Notes: generated by a model not told the origin, from the sequence alone. A stretch of 64,000 bases of DNA from Amphiscolops sp. MND2022 (GCA_964187785.1 OZ076409.1:25608001-25672000), one strand, 5' to 3'; positions 27,210 to 39,500 are shown, numbered from the stretch's first letter. Numbers and translations are program-made.

Positions 27210-27446
27210 CAGTAGTGATATTATTGAGAGCATCAAAAGGCAAATCTCAAAATCGAATATCTCTAAAACGGCAGTGGTTTATGAAAACTTATAAAAATAA
27301 ACGTATTCTAGATTTTTATCTAGTTTACAAATATGTTTGTTTGAAGATTTTTTCGAAAATACATGTTTTGGGATGACTTTGAAGTTTTTTTTTCACCTGC
27401 CGCAGACTTTGAAGCGGCTTTGTTGCTTTTAAAAATATCACCACTG
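27210..27446. mobile_element. MITE, Tc1/mariner-type ends (copy 1)
   Basis: TA|CAGTAGTGATATT...AATATCACCACTG|TA; same family as 37299-37478. Confidence 0.75.
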
Positions 27447-27535
27447 TATTTGACTAGATGACAATGACTAATATTCCAACAAAAATTATATAAAAACTGA
27501 TAAGTTAAAAACAAAGTTCGAGTTTATCAATGGTT

Positions 27536-29951
27536 TTACTCGGCATTACCGCCGAAAATTCTATTGGCTTCGGGGTCCATGTAATCAAACATCAGCTGCT
27601 CCAGGGGTTCAATTTTCCGCTTTGCAATAAGTAGCACGTAACGCGGATTATTTTTCAAGTATGTACATTTCAATTCGACCAGTTTCATGTTACAAGCTGG
27701 GTTGGTCTTTCCACCATCAAAGGTACTTGAGTAATTGCACAATCGAGCAAGGCACCTTCTGCCATCGTTGTGGATGGGGCATATTTCCGAGGTTGCATCA
27801 ATAATTCTTCCCGGCCTTGTTTTAACCTCGATGCAGTATTCTGGCTTGCGGTTCTCTGGGTCCAGACTGCAGTAGTAGTCGACGTTGTTCGTGTTTTCTT
27901 CTACATGTCCGTGGTAGTCAAAAATAACGTCATCCTTGTTAAATGGTTTGGTCGCGATTATTCCTCGACCCATTGTAGGATAGACAACATCGCAGACGCC
28001 TGGCCAGAATTGGTTTTCGCATCTATCTTTCAAGTCATCTTGGAAGTAAGGGGTATTGCAAAGTCTCCATTCTAGATTTGGATTGAATGCTTTTTTGCGC
28101 GAACTTTGTCGAGATCTTGATACCCCAGACATTCTAGAAGAAGCATCCATGACTCTCTTTACATCTGTGAAGTGGGGCCAGTTGACCAAGTTTGCAAAAT
28201 CGATTATTCTCTCTCTTTCTTTCGCAGGGTCAGCTAGTGATGTAGGGTAGTGGCTCTTGTATTCGGCCGCCCTAATATCTGCTCTTTGATGCCTAAGTGC
28301 TTGAATTCTTTTTTCGACTACTTTCATGACCGTTCTGTCATCGTAATGTCCGCTGGGCCTCAAATGTTTTTTGACTTCCATCATCAGGTAAGATTCAGAC
28401 CAAAATTCTTCTTCTGCTGAACATTTTGAAAGTGTCATCAGTTTGACAGTTCTTTCCAATCTGTCCATTTCACGTTCGGCTGGGTTTCTTGTCAAGTCGG
28501 AAAACTAGAACACGCAGATAGTTATTGAAATAAGCGAAAACTGCAAAAGGAAGATGTTTTTGATATTCCAACTTGTGATTATGTCTTATGGTTACTATCG
28601 ACTAATACAAATCAAACTGAGTCAAGTAATTCTTATCAAACAGTATTTGATTAGTTACCTGTTCAATCCGATTTCTTATGTTCCGCACTTTGAATTGTGT
28701 TTTTCCCCAGCTGTTGACAAAGAATGGCTCCGTCATGACGTAATATGGTGGTATCCCTTGACTGGGTGACTGCATGAACCTTTTTTTCTGGTCGATACCT
28801 TCAGGTTTTATGAAGTACGGTCGTACAGCTTCAAAATATATTAACATTGCTTCTCCAACAATGTGAGGAATTCTGAAGCTGTCCAAGTACCCAGCTTCAT
28901 CTTCAATTTGCAAGACTAACAAGTCACTTGAGTTAGAACTTCTATTGTGCTGAATTTGAGGGACCATTTGTAAAACGGCATGAGTTGTAATGCTCAAAAT
29001 TTTGCGATCTCTACACTTTGGAATAGAAAATTCCAGCAAATAAGCAATGAGGTCCCCAAACAAATTGGTTTTGTCAATGCTGGTTAGAGATTTTGCGAAT
29101 TTGAGTTGCTTCATTATGTCATAAAGGTCTGACAAGAGTCGCGCTTCAACAGTTGTGCATAATGTTAGGTGCACTGGGGTAATTTCTCGCAAATTTTTCT
29201 CATAGTTTTTGGGAACACATCGTTTACTTTTTGGGCCATGGTTTTCCTCATCATAATGGTTAAGTTTCCGCTTGTTCGCTATCTCCTGTTGGCATCTTTC
29301 CATGTTTGCCAAGGTGTCGTTGCAAGAACGGCTCAGCTGACTTGCCATGATATCACTCGGAGTTTGGCTCAGCTGACTTGCCGCGATATCACTTGAAGAA
29401 CGGCTCAGTTGGCTTGCCATGATGTCACTCGGAGTGTGGCTCGTACTGTCACTTGGGGTGTGGCTCCGTTGATTCGTCGTACTGTCACTCGGTGTGTGGC
29501 TCAGTTGATTCGTCGTACTGTCACTTGGAGTGTGGCTCAGTTGATTCGTCGTACTGTCATTCGGAGTGTGGTTCAGTTGATTTGCAGTGTTGATTAACAG
29601 AGGTGTCATTTGATTTGCAGCAAGTTGAGCTTGTACCATTATCGAGACGTCCGAAGGGCTATCTTCATAATTCACACCTTCTATATTAGAGATTTGTGAA
29701 AATATCCTTTGTTCAACTTGGGTGAAACTTGGCCAGCTTTTAGATGACACACTGGGTGATCCATACAACTGTTGTGTCGAACTAGATTGATCCAAGGGAG
29801 TACTCATGTAGTATGCAAAGTTGCTTTCATTCGGTTTAAATGGAGTCGAAAATCTTTCAAATGTTTCGTTTGGAGCAACAGAATTTGTCACAGCCGGGCT
29901 AGTCCCCAAGACAGTGTAAGAGAGAGATTTCTCATGTTGAGGAGGGTTCAT
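27536..29951 (-). CDS. SET-domain protein (SETD8/PR-Set7-like C-terminus); predicted exons 29951-28659 and 28504-27536, about 753 aa
   Basis: SET motifs GRGIIATKPFNKDDVIFDYHG, IIDAT, LARLCNYS, LLIAKRKIEPLEQLMFDY. A phase-0 intron (CAG|GTAACT ... TTCTAG|TTT) joins the two ORFs in frame. The N-terminal part has 12-aa Ser/Thr-rich repeats. Confidence 0.8.
29325..29585 (-). repeat. Coding 36-bp minisatellite (NQLSHTPSDSTT-like, about 7 units)
   Basis: GTGTGGCTCAGTTGATTCGTCGTACTGTCACT repeats in frame within ORF 28602-29951. Confidence 0.85.
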
Positions 29952-30566
29952 CGTTATGTAAAAGAGACTGTTTTCTAGCTACTGTTTGGATTGAATGGTG
30001 AGTGCTCAATCCTTTCCTTGAGCGATCCAAATTCGAACTAATTCAAAGACGCTTCGTCAATCAACTGTGGTATATTATAATTAAAGAAAAATGGTGATCT
30101 TCGTATTAAATAGTACATATATGATAATTATTCATTTCTGATAATGAATTATTTAATTATTGAAAAAAGTAGTACATACCGTTGGTAATAGCTTTGCGGA
30201 TGTGCTATTTAGATTTGCATGAAGATGAGCTCATTTAAGGACGCTTTTCAAATCAACTGTGGTGATAATTACCTGATGACGTGCGAACCTTCAATTATCG
30301 TTTCAAAATAGGGGATAAAAACCGAAGTATGAAATAACGTAAGCTAATTGGCATAAAATGAATTGAACTTTCGCCCATCCGTTTCCGAGTGATGAAAAGC
30401 AATGAAAAAGCCATGTATTTCTGCGTTTCAAATTGCCCATGCGTTTCCAAGTCTTAAATGGCATTATCATTTTGATGATTTGTTCGGATATCTGAAATAG
30501 AATTTAAAATGTCGAATTTTTTTCAAACATGTTTTTCACCAATACTAATCGGAATATGTGTTTCAG

Positions 30567-33500
30567 AATGCCGGAGAAAATTCAGCGAAAAAGTTGCGTG
30601 CCAGAGGCACATGTACAAAGACTGGGCACCAAGGAAGAGACCTGTTGAAGAACACCAGCTGGAGTTCACCTGCATTGCACAAAAAATTTACAGTCGGGCA
30701 AATTTTATTTGTCGCTTTTGTGGATGCGGCGAGAAAGACGGAGGACCGTTCTTTAGCTATCACAGGACCGCTCAACACTCCCTCGGAAGAACTTGCACCC
30801 TGAAAGTGTTTGAGTTGCAAAGGGAGGAATGGTACCCAGGAAATTTGTTGGAACCAACACCAGAAAACATCGAGGAATTGTGCAAGGAAAGTTCTGCTTA
30901 CGATTGCCTGAAGCAAAAATACAAATCGTTTTATCTTAAAGGGGAATCAGCTGTTCTTAAAAAAAAGCCCAAAGGCAATGTGCCAGGAGAGTACAGCTGG
31001 TCGGAAAAAAGACGGCGGGAGGGGAAAGGTTATTCCCATCGAATCAAAGACCTGATTAAAATCAAAGGGACCCCAAAGAAGAAGATCGAACACCCACGAT
31101 GGCAAGCGAGGATGGATTCGAGAAGAAGAAGAGAACAGAGAAGGACGTCACGTCGGTACCGTCGAGTTCACATCGAACCAGATTCTGACAGCGATGAAGA
31201 AGCCCTCCAGGAAAAGACCTGTGAGGAAGACGAAAGTGAAGAAGAAGTAGCCACACACGTTCGCCAAGGTACAATAAAATCCTATCGTTTTACTTATATC
31301 AATTTTTCGACATACCAGTTTGACTACTTGCCAAACGATTCCACTGATACTTATCGAAAATATTCGAAAAACATCCACAAATCTTCTCAATAACTTTATG
31401 ATGATTTTGACGATTTTTGTTTCAGATTCCGACAGCAATGAAGCCCTCCAGGAGGAGACCTATGAGGAAGACGAAAGTGAAGAAGAAGTAGTCACACACT
31501 TTCCCCAAGAAGAGAACCGTCAAGAAGACGAAAGTGAAGAAGAAGTAGCCACACACGTTCGCCAAGGTACAATAAAATCCTATCGTTTTACTCATATCAA
31601 TTTTTCGACATACCAGTTTGACTACTTGCCAAACGATTCCACTGATACTTATCGAAAATATTCGAAAAACATCCACAAATCTTCTCAATAACTTTTTAAT
31701 GATTTTGACGATTTTTGTTTCAGATTCCGACAGCAATGAAGCCCTCCAGGAGGAGACCTATGAGGAAGACGAAAGTGAAGAAGAATCAGTCACACACTTT
31801 CCCCAAGAAGAGAACCGTCAAGAAGACGAAAGTGAAGAAGAAGTAGCCACACACGTTCGCCAAGGTACAATAAAATCCTATCGTTTTACTCATATCAATT
31901 TTTCGACATACCAGTTTGACTACTTGCCAAACGATTCCACTGATACTTATCGAAAATATTCGAAAAACATCCACAAATCTTCTCAATAACTTTATGATGA
32001 TTTTGACGATTTTTGTTTCAGATTCCGACAGCAATGAAGCCCTCCAGGAGGAGACCTATGAGGAAGACGAAAGTGAAGAAGAAGTAGTCACACACTTTCC
32101 CCAAGAAGAGAACCGTCAAGAAGACGAAAGTGAAGAAGAAGTAGCCACACACGTTCGCCAAGGTACAATAAAATCCTATCGTTTTACTTATATCAATTTT
32201 TCGACATACCAGTTTGACTACTTGCCAAACGATTTCACTGATACTTATCGAAAATATTCGAAAAACATCCACAAATCTTCTCAATAACTTTATAATGATT
32301 TTGACGATTTTTGTTTCAGATTCCGACAGCAATGGAGAAGCCCTCCAAGAAGAGAACCGTCAAGAAGATGCAAGTGAAAACGTAGCCACACACGTTCGCC
32401 AAGGTATAATAAAATCCTATTGTTTTTCCTATATCAATTTTTCTACACCAATTTGTGAACTACTTGTCAAACGATTCCACTGATACTTATCGAAAATATC
32501 CGAAAAACATCCAATCTTCTCTAACATTATAATGATTTTGACGATTTTTGTTTCAGATTCCGACAGCAATGAAGCTCTCCAAGAAGAGAACCGTCAAGAA
32601 GATGAAAGTGAAAAAGTAGCCACACACGTTCGCCAAGGTACAATAAAATCCTATTGTTTTTCCTATATCAATTTTTCTACACCAATTTGTGAACTACTTG
32701 TCAAACGATTCCACTGATACTTATCGAAAATATCCGAAAAACATCCAATCTTCTCAATAACTTTATAATGATTTTGACGATTTTTGTTTCAGATTCTGAC
32801 AGCAATGGAGAAGCCCTCCAAGAAGAGAACCGTCAAGAAGATGCAAGTGAAAAAGTAGCCACACACGTTCGCCAAGGTATAATAAAATCCTATTGTTTTT
32901 CCTATATCAATTTTTCTACACCAATTTGTGAACTACTTGTCAAACGATTCCACTGATACTTATCGAAAATATCCGAAAAACATCCAATCTTCTCTAACAT
33001 TATAATGATTTTGACGATTTTTGTTTCAGATTCCGACAGCAACGAAGCTCTCCAAGAAGAGAACCGTCAAGAAGATGAAAGTGAAAAAGTAGCCACACAC
33101 GTTCGCCAAGGTACAATAAAATCCTATTGTTTTACCTATATCAATTTTTCTACACCAATTTGACTACTTGTCAAACGATTCCACTGATACTTATCGAAAA
33201 TATCCGAAAAACATCCAATCTTCTCTAACTTTATTATGATTTTGACGATTTTTGTTTCAGATTCCGACAGCAATGAAGCCCTCCAAGAAGAGAACCGTCA
33301 AGAAGATGAAAGTGAAAAAGTAGCCACACACGTTCGCCAAGGTACAATAAAATCCTATTGTTTTACCTATATCATTTTTTCTACACCAATTTGACTACTT
33401 GTCAAACGATTCCACTGATACTTATCGAAAATATCCGAAAAACATCCAATCTTCTCTAACTTTATTATGATTTTGAGGACTTTTGTTTCAGATTCTGACA

Positions 33501-36120
33501 ACGATGAAGAAGCCCTCCAGGAAGAGATCTGTGAGGAAGACGAAAGTGAAAAAGAAGTAGCCACACACGTTCGCCAAGGTACAATAAATTCCTATTGTTT
33601 TACCTATATCATTTTTTCTACACCAATTTGACTACTTGTCAAACGATTCCACTGATACTTATCGAAAATATCCGAAAAACATCCAATCTTCTCTAACTTT
33701 ATTATGATTTTGACGATTTTTGTTTCAGATTCTGACAACGATGAAGAAGCCCTCCAGGAAGAGACCTGTGAGGAAGACGAAAGTGAAGAAGAAGTAGCCA
33801 CACACGTTCGCCAAGGTACAATAAAATCCTATCGTTTTACTTATATCAATTTTTCTACACCAATTTGCCTACTTGTCAAACGATTCCACTGATACTTATC
33901 GAGAATATTCGAAAAACATCCACAAATCTCAATAATTTTATAATGATTTTGACGATTTTTGTTTCAGATTCCGACAGCAATGAAGCCCTTCAGGAAGAGA
34001 CCTGTGAGGAAGACGAAAGTGAAGAAGAAGTAGCTACACACGTTCGCCAAGGTACAATAAAATTCAGTTTTCATAAAATATTGTTTCTCAGTTATTTGTT
34101 AAAAGAGATGAAAGGTAAAAAGCAAAAAAAATCAAAAAATCTTTACTTTTAAAATTAAAATCGGATTGAGTTAATTTTTAAAAAAATCGGATTTTGTTCC
34201 ATCCATGTGTTCAAGGCAGTTTTACTAATACTTGTGCATATGTGTTTTTAGACACGACTTCGACTTGTTTACCTATATCAATATTACGTATCGAAAATAT
34301 TCGACAAACAACCAATCATCTCAATAACGTTAAATTGATTTTGACGATGTTTGTTTCAGATTCTGACAGCAATGAAGAATCCCTCCGGGAAGAGAACCGT
34401 GAGGAAGACGAAAGTGAAGAAGTAGCCACACACAATCCCCAAGGTACAATAAAATCCTATTGTTTTACCTATATCAAAATTTCTACATACCAATTTTACT
34501 ACTTGCCAAACGAATCCACTGATACTCATCAAAAGTATTCGAAAAACATCTACCAATCATTTAAAAAACTTTATTATGATATTGACAATTTTCGTTTCAG
34601 ATTCCAACAGCTACGAACAGGTTCAAGCAGAAGACGAAGAAGTTTCTCTGGTTGCATTTGTGGATGAAGCAGAGCATCATGAGCTGCTGGATGTAATCAG
34701 AGAATCTTCCGGGTCCGAGATGCGAGTTTGCTGCACCAATGTTACCAGCAGCGAAATAGAGGAGGAGCTGCAGCGGAAAAGAGCCTGTATTGTTCGAGGA
34801 CATATGGATGGTATGAAATTGCCCAACATCAACTTTGGAGCGCGAAGAAACATCTTCGAAGACTGTCTACACGCAGAAGATGTACAATTATCTGTCCGAA
34901 TGTACAAACCTGTCAGTGTTCGTTTTTGGCTTCGTCTTTTTAACTTCACCAATGAAAACCGAACATTTAAAAAATATTAGGGTTTTTATATTTTAAAACC
35001 AAAATTGTAGATCTTCGAAGTGTATTCTTTTTTCATATACAACACATGTCTATTTCAGCTGCAAAAACTCCTGTGTTTGACACTCTCAGGAAAAGATTTT
35101 GTAAAAGCCATTGAGTTTGGAGCTATGAGCGGCCCAATGAATGTCCTTGATCTTAGCTCCAGTCTCACAAAGAACTTGCATTTCGATGTACCAACGGCAG
35201 TTAAAGAACTTTCAGTGTCTCATTTATTCAATTTTGAGCTGGAGCAAAATTGCTATATTCTTCTCAGTCAAAAAGGTTCCATTACACCTTGGCATGTTGA
35301 CTACACGAATACCAGCGTCTTTTACCATCTTCTTCACGGTAAAAAAGAGTTTTTCATGATTCCTGGAACAGTTCGAAACCAAGAAATTCTCGAGAATTGG
35401 TGCATTGAGGCAACAAAACAAAATGTTTTCCTACCAAGTGACACCCACCTCCAAAGTCAAGTGTTTAAAGTGACGATAACAGGCGGCGAGTCAATGATCA
35501 TGCCAGCAGGCATGATACATATGGTCAGAACCTGTGCGGACAGCGTGGCCGTGGGATTCAATTTTCTCACCATCTGTGATCTAGGTAATTTTGAAATTCA
35601 GTTTTCATATAATTGTTTCTCAGTTGTTTGTTAGAAGAGATAAAAGGTAAAAAGCAAAAAAATCGAAAAAATCTTCATTTTTAAAATTAAAATCGGATTA
35701 AGTTAATTTCTCAAAAAAATTCGGGTTTTACTTCTTCTATGGGTTCGAGGCAGTTTTACTAATGCTTGTGCATATATGTTTTTAGACACGACTTTGACTG
35801 TTTACCAGAGGGAACGGGACAATGATGAACCTCTTGAGAAATGTTTCCCACATTTCTTATCGTTAATGACGAAAGTTATTCTAGAGAGTGCCATTGGGAA
35901 CTGTAGGCTAATGAAATGGGAGCTTCTGGCCAAAGCACTACATGTCCTCAGCTTCAATTCCAAAAATGACAGCCGATCCAAGAGCAATCGACGAAAATTT
36001 GTGCAAACTATCAACCGGTACATGTCTCTCAATTTCCCAAACAGGAACATATCATTAACTCACCTATTTCAAATTGTTGACAAAAAACTCGGTCGAAACA
36101 CTTTTTGGTCTCTTGATTGA
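30567..36120 (+). CDS. JmjC histone demethylase-like protein (KDM2/KDM7 type) with Cys/His-rich N-terminus and long acidic linker; at least 16 exons, about 1000 aa; start unresolved (ATG 30509 or an upstream exon)
   Basis: JmjC core YILLSQKGSITPWHVDYTNTSVFYHLLHGKKEFFMIP...MPAGMIHMVRT..DSVAVGFNFL with intact HxD...H triad. Exons 30567-31268, twelve repeat exons, 34601-34911, 35059-35584 and 35786-36120 join in frame at GT-AG sites. Confidence 0.85.
31180..34600 (+). repeat. Tandem array of exon+intron units (298 bp x3, then mostly ~231-241 bp)
   Basis: Unit: TTTGTTTCAG|ATTCCGACAGC...CACGTTCGCCAAG|GTACAATAAAATCC. Exons 31426-31566, 31724-31864, 32022-32162, 32320-32403, 32557-32637, 32793-32876, 33030-33110, 33261-33341, 33492-33578, 33729-33815, 33968-34051, 34360-34443. 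Confidence 0.92.
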
Positions 36121-36521
36121 TTAGTTCGTTGAAAACCATTTTCGAGATAAAATTTTTTGTTTTACATATTCTTAACCTTTATTATTTTATTTCATTGTAT
36201 TGATATGTATTATTATTAAATCTCGAAACTTGTTTTCAGCGAAGTAATTCAGCACTTGATGCAATTTCGCAGTTTACTGTAGTAATACTTTAGAATTTTG
36301 AATTCCAGTTCTTGGTCTTTGAAAGATTTGGTTTTATTCTTTCTTTTCGGTTCTTACTTAGTATTTTGCGCTGCTACTTTTTGGTACGTTTCTATTTTGA
36401 ATTTGTTTAAAACAATTCGAATGATTCAATTAAATTTTGACAATAAAAACAGGTAAAAATAATTTATTATTGTTCGAATCAAAGTTTTCACGATTTATCA
36501 ATTATGATTATCAAATGATTC

Positions 36522-39500
36522 TCAGTCTGATGAGTCTGAGGATGATTCATCGTGTTCTTTCTGAGCGTCATTCATTTTTTCTTGTTCGCGCTTCTTCAGC
36601 ATTTCTCGTCGTTTACGAAGTACCGATGTTATAGCTGAAGTTGTGTTTTGTAGTTCGGGATTCCTCTGAAGAAGGAAAATTTTGCGATGATCACGAACAG
36701 AAGTTGATGGGATGTCTGGCCCTGGTTTGAACGCAAAAGACTCCACATCCAAAATTGTTGAAGTTTCGATACTTTTCAAAATATAGTCAACGGATAGAAA
36801 CGTAAGTCCACGACTGGCCAAGTGTCGTAAAACGTAACTGGTTCGACTTGGTTCATTTAGTTTCCTTTTTTTGCATTTTCCTTTGGCCATAACTTCTGTC
36901 ACTTGTGGCAAAGAATCACACGACGTTGTTGCACTAATAAGATCTGTGTCATTTTGGAGAACCACGTAAATGTGTGGCAACTTGGAGTGTCTGGAGAGGA
37001 GAGTATTCAATGCTGCTCGTTCTAGAACTTTCCCTCCCGCTTTTTTGATAACTTTTTTGAGACACTCAGCGGGTCCAAGAGTTTTTCCATCTTGGTTTTC
37101 ATGTTGAATTCGTTGCTCTTTATTGAATTTCCCGTGCAGAAAGAATCTCGATCCTGGAGCAAACGGAATATTGTTTAGTTCTGTGAAAACAATTGGTTAT
37201 ATACCGAACTTCGAATATGTAACAACAGGTTTCTAAGGTGGTCCTTCCATTGCCGAACGTGCTTATTGCCGTATAATTCTAAGACGGTTTTGCATGTACA
37301 GTAGTGAGATTATTAAAAACTTAGTATTTTCGAAAACGCCTATTTTTACAGCGTGGTTTCATTGAGACTTTAATATAATTTCTCAATCAAAACATATCAA
37401 GTCCTTCAGTCAAATGCTTTTTGATAGATATTTGATTCTAAAATTTGCCTTTTGTTGCTTTTAATAATATCACTACTGTATTCTATTTTCTTTGCTACGA
37501 TCGTTCTGAACAGGTATGTAATTGCATCATTCAAAACTCACTGTTAAGCGAAGAACTAATTGCAAATAATAAGTTGAAAACATAAAAATAAGTAGATTGA
37601 GATTGGATTTCTCTCTCCGCCAGAGAGAATTCCAATCTCAATCTACTCACTAATTGCCACAGTTGTTGAATGCGCGGTCGTCACCGGCAATCGACATCTA
37701 TGGCAAGTAATACCAGCCAATGGCTACCACACACAATACCAGACACAATACCAGCCACTGGTTACCGAAGGCTGCACCAACAGCGGCGCAGAGAAGCGAA
37801 CCTGTATACCAAGAGCGAACGAGCGGCGGAACGACGGAACGTCGCACGAAGTAACCACTACGCCAGTGGTACTTGGAATCTGTTGCTGTTTTGAGGAAGT
37901 ATTTCATCCGAGTAACTTAGGACTAATATTTGTCAACGTGTTGCGGTGCAATACAAATATTCAGCAAAACTCAAGTCAAACATTTGTTCAACGATCCACT
38001 ACATTTATTTCGGAGTCGCAAGAAAAGCAAAATTCACACTATATTGTTGGTTTATCCAACTAAATTTCGCTAAATTTATACCACTTAGGTTTCATAACCA
38101 AAAAAGTTGGACGTGGGCATATAGGTACAAAAAAAATCCTTACCCAAGAAAAGGCGGGACTTCTCTCGAACTTTTCCAACGGGAATGATGGCTTTCTCAG
38201 TTGGTCCCAGGGAGTCTAAAAAAGATAGGTTCACCTCTATGGGTTCATTGAAAAGCCGTTGATGGCAAAGTGAGAGCTGTTCGTCGATTGTGCCTTCCAA
38301 AGTCGAAAACCGGAGACCAGAACAGAAAGTGAAAAACATTTCGAGAAACATGGGGTCGGCGTGTCGAACTGTCCCTCCCCCTCGCATGGTCTTTTGCTGA
38401 AAGTCTCTATGGACATGATGATTTGATTTTTCGGGGCCTTCGCACAGGTGGTTAAAGGGTGATTCAATGTAGCCTCCTTCTAACAGCTGGGGAATCAGGC
38501 ACAGTTTCAGTCTGTACGGTGTCAAACCTAGTTTTACATCGAACAGTACAATCGAAATGTGATAGTGGATTTCTGACCAGTATTTATAGTCGGAAAAGTC
38601 CTGTTCTTCGAATTTCTTCCTCGTCCTCATCAGCACGGTAAGCTGATTTAGTGACTTTCTCCAGAGTTCAGCTGCAACCAAAAGTTTCATTTGACATGGG
38701 CTTTCGATATTTTCGAATGAATTGGGATGAAGATTTTTCAACACATTCATGCTTGCACTTTTTGTACCCGACAAGGCTCCAACAGTCTTGTTCTCGGAAA
38801 AAACTCCTTCGAACAGTTCATGCTGAACACCAGCCTCAGCAAGTTCGTACATATCAGCAATGCCAGTGATAGCTTCTCTGCCACTAAGGGAAATGGGAGC
38901 ACATTTTTTGTTGCGTTTGTCAATGTCAAATTCGAAGCCAGGCTCTTTCCAACCTCTCTCGGTCAAATTGCGCTGAAAATTTTCCCTAATATAATCAACT
39001 GTAGCTGAGTCATCTTCAGATTGGAGAATTTTCAACTCCATGAACTTTCTAATGTCTCCCTCGACACACCTTGTTATTGCATGAGTGCCGTCGGGACAAA
39101 CGCATCTGATGTCTGGCAAAAACGTCAAACTTTCATGAGGAATGGTGGTTCGAAATGGTAGGCGAACATCACCTCGATGTCCACTTTTTTCGTGCACGGT
39201 TTCTGGTTTAACTGAATCGTCATTCCCTAGATACATCTGCAATTTTGATGGATTTTCTTCACTCTCCATGTGATCAACAGAGGTTCCAATGAGAAGGCGA
39301 TTTAGGAATGGTTGATCTCCACTGTATGTTAAAAGGACTCCGGCGTCATGGAGTTGTTTCGTCTGCTGGTAAAGCCAAGAGGAATCTTGCTCACCTAGTT
39401 CCAGGTACCCGACATTTTGCTCTAGCAACCAACGACCGTCGTGACCTGTAAACACGTATTGTAAAGTGTGCGAAGCTAACCTAGAGCTAAATTATATTTA

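Noticed and set aside
31180..34600. CRISPR-like or plain satellite interpretation of the regular array
   Set aside because: No unique spacers, eukaryotic context, and every unit has splice sites around an in-frame exon.
31320..34667. Repeated 60-157 aa ORFs on both strands in the array
   Set aside because: They read through introns or are antisense shadows of the repeat exons.
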